NCBI GenBank assembly: GCA_030390025.1
Contig: CM059438.1
Coordinates: 58,406,001-58,470,000, forward strand
Direction of reading: 5' to 3'
Length of the DNA stretch: 64,000 nt
Source of the DNA: Squalus acanthias
Lineage: Eukaryota
A program made the position numbers and the translations under genes. The notes beneath the pieces are model-generated. The model was not told the origin of the DNA and did not search any database. It was given only the letters and a program-made list of their open reading frames with translations. How positions within the stretch are numbered: position 1 is the stretch's first letter; each line of letters begins with the position of its first letter. Below, one piece after another: positions 10,365 through 22,000 of this stretch.

Positions 10365-11982
10365 GACAGACTGGGAAACGGAGCTGGATACAGACAGACT
10401 GGGGAATAGAGTACAGACAGATTCTGGGAATGGAGCTCGGTACAGATAGACTCTTGGGAATGGAGCTGGGTACAGAAGACTGGGGAATAGAGCTGGGTAC
10501 AGACAGACTTTGGGGAATGGAGCTGGGTACAGACAGTCTCTGGGGGATGGAGCTGTGTACAGACAGACTGAGGAATGGAGTTGTGTAGAGGCAGAGTCTG
10601 GGAATGGATCTGGGTACAGACAGAATTTGGGAATGGAGCTGGGTACAGACAGACTGAGGAATGGCGTTGAGTAGAGGCAGAGTTTGTGAATGGAGCTGGG
10701 TACAGACAGACTATTGGAATGGATCTGGGTACAGACAGACTCTTGGAATGCTGCTGGGTACAGAAAGACTCTGGTAAAGGAGCTGGGTACAGACAGACTG
10801 GAGAATGGAGCTGGGTACAGTCAGATTCTGGGGAATGGAGCTGGGTACAGACAGACTCTGGGGAATGGATCCTGTACAGACAGACATTGGGAAATCAAAC
10901 TGGGTACAGACAGACTCTGGGAATACAGCTGTGTACAGACAGACTCTGGGAATGGATCTCGTTACAGACAGACTGGGGAATGGAGCTGGGTACAGACAGA
11001 CTCTGCGAAGGGAGCTGGGTACTGACATACACTGGGAATGTATCTGGTTACAGACAGACTGGAGAATGGAACTGGGTACAGACAGACTCTGCGAATACAG
11101 CTGTGTACAGACAGACTCTGGGAATGGATATGGTTACAGACAGACTGGGGAATGGAGTTGGGTACATAAAGACTCTGCGAAGGTAGCTGGGTGCTGACAT
11201 ACTCTGGGAATGGAGCCGGGTATAGACAGTCTCCAGGAATCGAGCTGGGTACAGGAAGACTCTGGGGAATGGAGCTGGGTACAGACAGACTTCTGGAATC
11301 GAGCTGGGTATAGACAGACTCTGGGGAATGGAGCTCGGTATAGGCGGACTCTGGGGAATGAAGCTGGGTACAGACAGACTCTGTGAATGGATCCTGTACA
11401 GACAGACATTGGGAAATCGAACTGGGTACAGACAGACTCTGGGAATACAGCTGTGTACAGACAGACTCTGGGAATGGATCTCGTTACAGACAGACTGGGG
11501 ATTGGAGCTGTGTACATAAAGACTCTGCGAAGGCAGCTGGGTACTGACATACTCTGGGAATGGAGCTGGGTACTGACAGAATGGAGAATGGAACTGGGTA
11601 CAGACAGACTCTGGGGAAAGGAACTGGGTACAGACAGTCTCCAGGAGTCGAGCTGGGTACAGGAAGACTCTGGGGAATGGAGCTGGGTACAGACAGACTT
11701 CGGGAATGGAGCTTGCTATAGACAGACTCTGGGTAATGGAGCTCGGTACAGGCGGACTCTGGGGAATGGAGCTGGGTACAGACAGACTCTGGGGAATGGA
11801 GCTGGTTACAGAGAGACTGTGGAACAGAGCTGGATACAGACAGACTGGGGAATCGAGCAGGGTTCAGAGAGAATGGGGAATGAAGCTGGGTACAGACAGA
11901 CTCTTGGAATGGAGCTTGGTACAGACAGACACTGGGATTGGTGTTGGGTACAGACGGACTCTGGGGAATGCAGCTGGTTACA
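10365..11982 (+). repeat. 28-30 bp satellite spacer (between LINE copies 3 and 4), two monomers shorter
   Basis: As the other spacers but with a 59-bp deletion at ~11385-11391. Confidence 0.97.
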
Positions 11983-12072
11983 TAGAAACATAGAAGATAG
12001 GAGCAGGAGTAGGCCATTCGGCCCCTCGAGCCTGCTCCGCCATTCGATGAGATCATGGCTGATCATCTAAAC

Positions 12073-12807
12073 TCAGTACCCTGTACCTGCCTTCTCCCCA
12101 TATCCCTTGATACCTTTAGCTATAAGAAATATATCTAACTCATCCTTGAATATATTTAATGACTTCGCCTCAACTACCTTCTGTGGTAGAGAATTCCACA
12201 GGTTCACCACTCTCTGGGTGAAGAAATTCTTCCTCTTTTCTGTCCTAAATGGTTTACCCGTTATCTGTAGATTATGACCCCTGCTTCTGGACTCTCCGAC
12301 CATCGTGAACATTCTTCCTGCATCTAGTTTGTCCAGACCTGTCAGAATTTTATATGTTTCGATGAGATCCCCTCTCATTCTTCTATACTCCAGTGAGTAT
12401 ACGCCCAATCGACCCAATCTCTCCTCATATGTCATTCCTGCCATCCCAGGTATCAGCCTTGTGAATCTTCGCTGAACTCCTTCCATGGCAAGAACATCCT
12501 TCCTCAGATAAGGCGACCAAAACTGCACACAGTACTCAAGGTGTGGTCTCACCAAGGCCCTGTACAACTGCAGCAGGACATCCCTTTTCCTATACTCAAA
12601 CCCTTTCGCTATGAAGGCCAACATACCATTTGCCTTCTTCACCGCCTGCTGCACCTGCATGCTTACTTTCAGCGACTGGTGCACAAGGACACCCAGGTCT
12701 CGTTGCACTTCCCCTTCTCCCAATCTATTGCCATTCAGATAATAGTCTGCCTTTCTGTTTTTGACACCAAAGTGGATAACCTCGCATTTATCCACATTAT
12801 ACTGCAT
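12073..12807 (-). pseudogene. CR1 ORF2 C-terminal fragment (244 aa), copy 4
   Basis: Protein identical to copy 1. Confidence 0.9.
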
Positions 12808-13756
12808 ATACCCTAGGATGCAGATTATCAGGCCCTGGGGATTTATCGGCCTTCAATACCGTCAATTTCCCTAACACCATTTCCCTGCAAATACTGATTT
12901 CTTTCAGTTCCTCCCTTTCATCAGACCGTATGTTCTCCAACATCTCTGGGAGGTTATTTGTGTCCTCCTTTGTGAAGACAGAACCAAAATATGCATTTAA
13001 TTGGGCTGCCATTTCTTTGTTCCCCATTATAACTTCCCCCGCTTCTGACTGCAAGGGACCTACACTTGATTTCACTAATCTTTTTCTCTTCACATATCTA
13101 TAAAAGCTCTTACAGTCAGTTTTTATGTTCCCAGCAAGCTTACTTTCATATTCTATTTTCCCCTTCTTAATTAATCCCTTTGTCCTCCTTTGTTGAATCC
13201 TAAACTGCTCCCAATCCTCAGGGCTACCGCTGTTTCTGGCCAATTTATATGCCCTCTCCTTGGATCTTATGCTATCCCTAATTTCCCTTGTTAGCCACGG
13301 TTGAGTCACCCTTTTTGTTTTATTCTTATGCCACACTGGGATGTACAAATTCTGTAGTTCATCCATGCAGTCTTTGAATGTTTGCCATTGCCTATCCATC
13401 GTCAACCCCTTGAGTGACATTCCCCAATCAATCCTACCCAATTCGCGCCTCATACCATCGTAGTTTCCTTTATTTAAATTCAGGACCCTAGTCTCTGATT
13501 CAACTACTTCACTCTCCATGCTAATGAAGAATTCTATCATATTATGATCACTCTGACCCAAGGGGCCTCGTACAACAAGATTGCTAATTAATCCTTTCTC
13601 GTTGCATAATACCCAGTCTAAGATGGCCTGATCTCTGGTTGGTTCCTCGACATATTGTTCCAGAAAACAATCTCGTAAACATTCTAGGAATTCCTCCTCC
13701 ACAGTATTTTTACTAATTTGGTTAGCCCAATCTATATGTAAATTAAAGTCACCCAT
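12797..13756 (-). pseudogene. CR1 ORF2 endonuclease/linker fragment (319 aa), copy 4
   Basis: Protein identical to copy 1. Confidence 0.9.
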
Positions 13757-14828
13757 GATGTGCCCTTACTGCATGCTTCTCTAATTTCCCTTTTAATGCC
13801 GTCCCCAACCTCCGTATTACTGTTTGGAGGTCTATATACCACTCCCACTAACGTTTTCTGCCCCTTGTTATTTCTCAGTTCTACCCATACAGATTCCGCA
13901 TTATCAGAGCTAATATCCTTCCTTTCAATTGACAGACTGGGAAACGGAGCTGGATACAGACAGACTGGGGAATAGAGTACAGACAGATTCTGGGAATGGA
14001 GCTCGGTACAGATAGACTCTTGGGAATGGAGCTGGGTACAGAAGACTGGGGAATAGAGCTGGGTACAGACAGACTTTGGGGAATGGAGCTGGGTACAGAC
14101 AGTCTCTGGGGGATGGAGCTGTGTACAGACAGACTGAGGAATGGAGTTGTGTAGAGGCAGAGTCTGGGAATGGATCTGGGTACAGACAGAATTTGGGAAT
14201 GGAGCTGGGTACAGACAGACTGAGGAATGGCGTTGAGTAGAGGCAGAGTTTGTGAATGGAGCTGCGTACAGACAGACTATTGGAATGGATCTGGGTACAG
14301 ACAGACTCTTGGAATGCTGCTGGGTACAGAAAGACTCTGGTAAAGGAGCTGGGTACAGACAGACTGGAGAATGGAGCTGGGTACAGTCAGATTCTGGGGA
14401 ATGGAGCTGGGTACAGACAGACTCTGGGGAATGGATCCTGTACAGACAGACATTGGGAAATCAAACTGGGTACAGACAGACTCTGGGAATACAGCTGTGT
14501 ACAGACAGACTCTGGGAATGGATCTCGTTACAGACAGACTGGGGAATGGAGCTGGGTACAGACAGACTCTGCGAAGGTAGCTGGGTGCTGACATACTCTG
14601 GGAATGGAGCCAGGTATAGACAGTCTCCAGGAATCGAGCTGGGTACAGGAAGACTCTGGGGAATGGAGCTGGGTACAGACAGACTTCTGGAATCGACTGG
14701 GTATAGACAGACTCTGGGGAATGGAGCTCGGTACAGGCGGACTCTGGGGAATGGAGCTGGGTACAGACAGACTCTGTGAATGGCCCTGCGTACAGGCAGA
14801 CTAGGGGAATGGAGCTGGTTACAGACAG

Positions 14829-14873
14829 CTGTACAGGATCCATTCCCCTGTCTGGGGAATGGCTCCTGTACAG
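14829..14873. repeat. Inverted repeat (20-bp arms, 5-nt loop) formed by an inverted partial monomer
   Basis: CTGTACAGGATCCATTCCCC-TGTCT-GGGGAATGGCTCCTGTACAG; arms are complementary at 19/20 positions. Confidence 0.92.
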
Positions 14874-16039
14874 ACAGACATTGGGAAATCGAACTGGGTA
14901 AGACAGACTCTGGGAATACAGCTGTGTACAGACAGACTCTGGGAATGGATCTCGTTACAGACAGACTGGGGAATGGAGCTGTGTACATAAAGACTCTGCG
15001 AAGGCAGCTGGGTACTGACATACTCTGGGAATGGAGCTGGGTACAGACAGACTGGAGAAAGGAACTGGGTACAGACAGTCTCCAGGAGTCGAGCTGGGTA
15101 CAGGAAGACTCAGGGGAATGGAGCTCGGTACAGGCAGACTCTGGGGAATGGAGCTGGTTACAGAGAGACTGTGGAACAGAGCTGGATACAGACAGACTGG
15201 GGAATGGAGCAGGGTTCAGAGAGAATGGGGAATGAAGCTGGGTACAGGCAGACTTTTGGAATGGAGCTTGGTACAGACAGACACTGGGAATGGTGTTGGG
15301 TACAGACGGACTCTGGGGAATGAATCTGGGTACAGACAGATTCTGGGGAATGCAGCTGGTTACAGACAGACTGGGGAACGGAGCTGGATTCAGACAGACT
15401 GGGGAATGGAGTACAGACAGATTCTGGGAATGGAGCTCGGTACAGATAGACTCTTGGGAATGGAGCTGGGTACAGAAGACTGGGGAATAGAGCTGGGTAC
15501 AGACAGACTTTGGGGAAAGGAGCTGGGTACAGACAGACTGAGGAATGGAGTTGGGTAGAGGCAGATTCTGGGAATGGATCTGGGTACAGACAGAATTTGG
15601 GAATGGAGCTGGGTACAGGCAGACTGAGGAATGGCGTTGGGTAGAGGCAGAGTCTGGGAATGGAGCTAAGTAAAGACAGACTCTTGGAATGGAGCTGGGT
15701 ACAGACAGACTGGAGAATGGAGCTGGGTATAGTCAGATTCTGGGGAATGGAGCTAGATACATACAGACTCTGTGGAATTGAACTTGTACAGACAGACATT
15801 GGGAAATCGAGCTGGGTACAGACAGACTCTCGGAATACAGCTGTGTACAGACAGACTCTGGGAATGGATCTCGTTGCAGACAGACTGGGGAATGGAGCTG
15901 GGTGTGAACAGACTCTGTGAATGGAGCTGGGTACAGACAGACTCGTTGAATGGAGCTGGGTACAGACAGACTCTGTGAATGGAGCTGGGTACAGGCAGCC
16001 TAGGGGAATGGAGCTGGGTACAGACAGGCCCTGGGAATG

Positions 16040-19000
16040 GAGCTGGGTACAGACAGACTATGGGATTGGAGCTGGGTCCAGACAGACTCTGTGAATGGAG
16101 CTGGGTACAGACAGACTAGAGAATGGAGCTTGGTTCAGAGAGACTGGGGAATGGAGTTGGGTACAGGCAGACTAGGGGAATGGAGCTGGTTACAGACAGA
16201 TTCTGGGGAATGCAGCTGGTTATACACAGACTGGGGAACGGAGCTGGTTACAGACAGACTGGGGAATGGAGTACAGACAGATTCTGGGAATGGAGCTTGG
16301 TACAGATAGACTCTTGGGAATGGAGCTGGGTACAGAGAGACTTTGGGGAATGGAGCTGGGTACAGACAGTCTCTGGGGGGTGGAGCTGGGTACAGACAGA
16401 CTGAGGAATGGAGTTGGGTAGAGGCAGAGTCTGGGAATGGATTTGGGTACAGACAGAATTTGGGAATGGAGCTGGGTACAGACAGACTGAGGAATGGCGT
16501 TGGGTAGAGGCAGATTCTGGGAATGGAGCTAGGTACAGACAGACTCTTGGAATGGTGCTGGGTACAGAAAGACTCTTGGAATGGAGCTGGGTACAGACAG
16601 ACTGGAGAATGGAGCTGCGTTCAGTCAGATTCTGTGGAATGGAGCTGGGTACAGACAGACTCTGTGGAATGGATCTTGTACAGACAGACATTGGGAAATC
16701 GAGCTGGGTACAGACAGACTCTGGGAATACAGCTTTGTACAGACAAACTCTGGGAATGGATCTCGTTACAGACAGACTGGGGATTTGAGCTGGGTACATA
16801 AAGTCTCTGTGAATGGAACTGGGTACAAACAGACTGGAGAATGGTGATCGGTACAGAAAGACCCTGGGAATGGAGCTGGGTACAGACAGACTTCGGGAAT
16901 GGAGCTGGCTATAGACAGACTCTGGGGAATGGAGCTCGGTACAGACGGACTCTGGGGAATGGAGCTGGGTACAGACAGACTCTGGGGAATGGAACTGGTT
17001 ACAGAGAGACTGTGGAACAGAGCTGGATACAGACAGACTGGGGAATGGAGCAGGGTTCAGAGAGAATGGGGAATTAAGCTGGGACAGACAGACTCTTGGA
17101 ATGGAGCCGGGTACAGACAGACACTGGGAATGGTGTTGGGTACAGACGGACTCTGGGGAATGAAGCTGGGCACAGACAGATTTTGGGAATGGAGCTGGGT
17201 GCAGTTAGACTCTGGGGAATGGAGCTGGGTACAGACAGTCTCTGGGGAATGGAGTTGGGTACAAACAGACTGAGGAATGGTGCTGGGTAGAGGCAGAATC
17301 AGGGAATGGAGTTGGATAGAGACAGAATTTGGGAATGGAGCTGGGTACAGACAGACTATGGGAATTGAGCTTGGTACAGACAGACTCTGGGAATGGAGCT
17401 GGGTACAGACAGAGTCTGGGGAATGGAACTCGGTCAAGTCGGACTCTGGGGAATGGAGCTGGGTACAGACAGACTCTGTGAATGGAGCTGGGTACAGACA
17501 GACTCTGTGAATGGAGCTAGGTACAGACAGACTCTGTGAATGAAGCTGGGTACAGGCAGACTCTGGGGAATGGAGCTGTGTACAGACCGACTCTGGGAAT
17601 GGATCTCGTTACAGACAGACTGGGGAATGGAACTGGGTACAGACAGACTCTGCGAAGGGAGCTGGGTACTGACATACACTGGGAATGGATCTGGTTACAG
17701 ACAGACTGGAGAATGGAACTGGGTACAGACAGACTCTGGGGAAAGGAGCCGGGTACAGACAGACCACAGGAATGGAGCTGGATATAGACAGACTCTGGGG
17801 AATGGAGCTGGGTACAGACAGACTTCGGGAATCGAGCTCGATACAGGCGGACTAGGGGAAAGGAGCTGGGTACAGACAGACTCTGGGGAATGGAGCTGGT
17901 TACAGAGAGACTGGGGAATGGAGCTGGATACAGACAGACTATGGGAATGGAGCTGGGTAGAGACAGACTCTTGGGAATGGAGCTGGGTACAGAAGACTGG
18001 GGAATAGAGCTGGGTACAGACAGATTTTGGGGAATGGAGCTGGGTACAGACAGTCTCTGGGGGATGGAGCTGGGTACAGACAGAATGAGGAATGGTGTTG
18101 AGTAGAGGCAGAGTCTGGGAATGGAGCTGCGTACAGACAGACTATGGGAATGGAGCTGGGTACAGGCAGACTCTTGGAATGGAGCTGGGTACAGACAGAT
18201 TGGAGAATGGAGCTGGGTACAGTCAGATTCTGGGGAATGGAGCTGGGTACAGACAGACATTGGGAAATCGAGCTGGGTAAAGACAGACTCTGGGAATGGA
18301 TATGGTTACAGACAGACTGGGGAATGGAGTTGGGTACATAAAGACTCTGCGAAGGTAGCTGGTTGCTGACATACTCTGGGAATAGAGCCGCGTATAGACA
18401 GTCTCCAGGAATGGAGCTGGGTACAGGAAGACTCTGGGGAATGGAGCTGGGTACAGACAGACTTCTGGAATCGAGCTGGGTATAGACAGACTCTGGGGAA
18501 TGGAACTCGGTACAGGCGGACTCTGGGGAAATGTGCTGGGTACAGACAGACTCTGTGAATGGAGCTGGGTACAGGCAGACTAGGGTAATGGAGCTGGTTA
18601 CAGACAGACTGGGGAACGGAACTGGATACAGACAGACTGGGGAATGGAGTACAGACAGATTCTGCGAATGGAGCTCGGTACAGATAGACTCTTGGGAATG
18701 GAGCTGTGCACAGAAGACTGGGGAATAGAGCTGGGTACAGACATACTTTGGGGAATGGAGCTGGGTATAGACAGCCTGAGGAATGGAGTTGGGTAGAGGT
18801 AGAGTCTGGGAATGGAGCTGCGTACAGACAGACTATGGGAATGGAGCTGGGTACAGACAGACTCATGGAATACTGCTGGGTACAGAAAGACTCTGGGAAT
18901 CGAGTTGGGTACAGACAGACTGGAGAATGGAGCTGGGTACAGTCAGATTCTGGGGAATGGAGCTGGGTACAGACAGACATTGCGAAATCGAGCTAGGTAC

Positions 19001-22000
19001 AGACAGACTCTGGGAATACAGCTGTGTACAGACAGACTCTGGGAATGGATCTGGTTGCAGACAGACTGGGGAATGGAGATGGGTACAGACAGACTCTGTG
19101 GAAAGGAGCTGGGTGCAGACAGACTTCGGGAATGGAGCTGGGTATAGACAGAGTCTGGGGAATGGAGCTCGGTACAGACAGACTCTCTGAATGGAGTTGG
19201 GAACAGACAGACTCTGTGAATGGAGCTGGGTAAAGGCAGACTAGGGGAATGGAGCTGGTTACAGACAGATTCTGGGGAATGCAGCTGGTTAGAGACAGAC
19301 TGGGGAAAGGAGCTGGATACAGACAGACTGGGGAATGGAGTACAGACAGATTCTGGGAATGGAGCTCGGTACAGATAGACTCTTGGGAATGGAGCTGGGC
19401 ACAGAAGACTGGGGAATACAGCTGGGTACAGACAGACTTTGGGGAATGGAGCTGGGTACAGACAGTCTCTGGGGGATGGAGCTGTGTACAGACAGAGTGA
19501 GGAATGGAGTTGGTTACAGGCAGAGTCTGGGAATGGATCTGGGTACAGACAGAATTTGGGAAGGGAGCTGGGTACAGACAGACTGCGGAATGGCGTTGAG
19601 TAGAGGCAGAGTCTGGGAATGGAGCTGCGTACAGACAGATTATTGGAATGGATCTGGGTACAGACAGACTCTTGGAATGGTGATGGGTACAGAAAGACTC
19701 TGGGAATGGAGCTGGCCCCAGACAGCCTGGAGAATGGAGCTGGGTACAGTCAGATTCTGGGGAATGGAGCTGGGTACAGACAGACTCTGTGGAATGGATC
19801 TTGTACAGACAGACATTGGGAAATCGAGCTGGGTACAGACAGACTCTGCGAATACAGCTGTGTACAGACAAACTCTGGGAATGGATATGGTTACAGACAG
19901 ATTGGGGAATGGAGTTGGGTACATAAAGACTCTGCGAAGGTAGCTGGGTGCTGACATACTCTGGGAATGGAGCCGGGTATAGACAGTCTCCAGGAATGGA
20001 GCTGGGTACAGGAAGACTCTGGGGAATGGAGCTGGGTACAGACAGACTTCTGGAATCGAGCTGGGTATAGACAGACTCTGGGGATTGGAGCTCGGTACAG
20101 GCGGACTCTGGGGAATGGAGCTGGGTACAGACAGACTCTGTGAATGGAGCTGGGTACAGGCAGACTAGTGTTAGGAGCTGGTTACAGACAGACTGGGGAA
20201 CGGAACTGGATACAGACAGACTGGGGAATGGAGTACAGACAGATTCTGCGAATACAGCTCAGTACAGAGAGACTCTTGGGAATGGAGCTGTGTACAGAAG
20301 ACTGGGTAATAGAGCTGGGTACAGACATACCTTGGGGAATGGAGCTCGGTACAGATAGACTCTTGGGAATGGAGCTGGGTACAGAAGACTGGGGAATAGA
20401 GCTGGGTACAGACAGACTTTGGGGAAAGGAGCTGGGTACAGACAGTCTCTGGGGGATGGAGCTGGGTACAGACAGACTATGGGATTGGAGCTGGGTACAG
20501 ACAGACTCTGTGAATGGAGCTGGGTACAGACAGACGAGAGAATGGAGCTTGGTTCAGAGAGACTGGGGAATGGAGCTGGGTACAGGCAGTCTAGGGGAAT
20601 GGAGCTGGTTACAGACAGATTCTGGGGAATGCAGCTGGTTATACACAGACTGGGGAACGGAGCTGGATACAGACAGACTGGGGAATGGAGTACAGACAGA
20701 TTCTGGGAATGGAGCTTGGTACAGATAGACTCTTGGGAATGGAGCTGGGTACAGAAGACTGGGGAATAGAGCTGGTACAGACAGACTTTGGGGAATGGAG
20801 CTGGGTACAGACAGTCTCTGGGGGGTGGAGCTGGGTACAGACAGACTGAGGAATGGAGTTGGGTAGAGGCAGAGTCTGGGAATGGATCTGGGTACAGACA
20901 GAATTTGGGAATGGAGCTGGGTACAGACAGACTGAGGAATGGCGTTGGGTAGAGGCAGATTCTGGGAATGGAGCTAGGTACAGACAGACTCTTGGAATGG
21001 TGCTGGGTACAGAAAGACTCTTGGAATGGAGCTGGGTACAGACAGACTGGAGAATGGAGCTGGGTTCACTCAGATTCTGTGGAATGTAGCTGGGTACAGA
21101 CAGACTCTGTGGAATGGATCTTGTACAGACAGACATTGGGAAATCAAGCTGGGTACAGACAGACTCTGGGAATACAGCTTTGTACAGACAAACTCTGGGA
21201 ATGGATCTCGTTACAGACAGACTGGAGATTTGAGCTGGGTACATAAAGTCTCTGCGAATGGAACTGGGTACAGACAGACTGGAGAATGGAGATCGGTACA
21301 GAAAGACTCTGGGAATGGAGCTGGGTACAGACAGACTTCGGGAATGGAGCTGGCTATAGACAGACTCTGGGGAATGGAGCTCGGTACAGACGGACTCTGG
21401 GGAATGGAGCTGGGTACAGACAGACTCTGGGGAATGGAACTGGTTACAGAGAGACTGTGGAACAGAGCTGGATACAGACAGACTGGGGAATGGAGCAGGG
21501 TTCAGAGAGAATGGGGAATTAAGCTGGGACAGACAGACTCTTGGAATGGAACCGGGTACAGACAGACACTGGGAATGGTGTTGGGTACAGACGGACTCTG
21601 GGGAATGAAGCTGGGCACAGACAGATTCTGGGAATGGAGCTGGGTACAGTTAGACTCTGGGGAATGGAGCTGGGTACAGACAGTCTCGGGGAATGGAGTT
21701 GGGTACAGACAGACTGAGGAATGGTGCTGGGTAGAGACAGAATCAGGGAATGGAGTTGGATAGAGACAGAATTTGGGAATGGAGCTGGGTACAGACAGAC
21801 TATGGGAATTGAGCTGGGTACAGACAGACTCTGGGAATGGAGCTGGGTACAGACAGAATCTGGGGAATGGAACTCGGTCAAGTCGGACTCTGGGGAATGG
21901 AGCTGGGTACAGACAGACTCTGTGAATGGAGCTGTGTACAGACCGACTCTGGGAATGGATCTCGTTACAGACAGACTGGGGAATGGAACTGGGTACAGAC

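Larger units (their letters stand above)
11980..13930 (-). mobile_element. CR1-clade LINE fragment, copy 4
   Basis: Same junctions, length (1951 bp) and translated products as copy 1. Confidence 0.95.
199..14577. repeat. Composite tandem repeat (macrosatellite-like): ~4 copies of a ~3.6 kb unit made of the 1.95 kb CR1 fragment plus ~1.67 kb satellite
   Basis: The identical 244-aa ORF recurs at 1259, 4884, 8507 and 12073 (periods 3625, 3623, 3566). Flanking satellite variants recur in register. Identity to the next unit starts at about 199 and is lost at 14578. Confidence 0.95.

Noticed and set aside
1166..13930. Four independent site-specific insertions, or a telomeric HeT-A/TART-like retrotransposon array
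   Set aside because: All copies share the same 5' truncation point, deletion, frameshift and flanking satellite variants, which indicates DNA-level duplication. I saw no (TTAGGG)n tract.
14849..14853. Hairpin as a terminator or structured ncRNA
   Set aside because: Single occurrence, wholly derived from adjacent satellite sequence, no U-tract, eukaryotic context.
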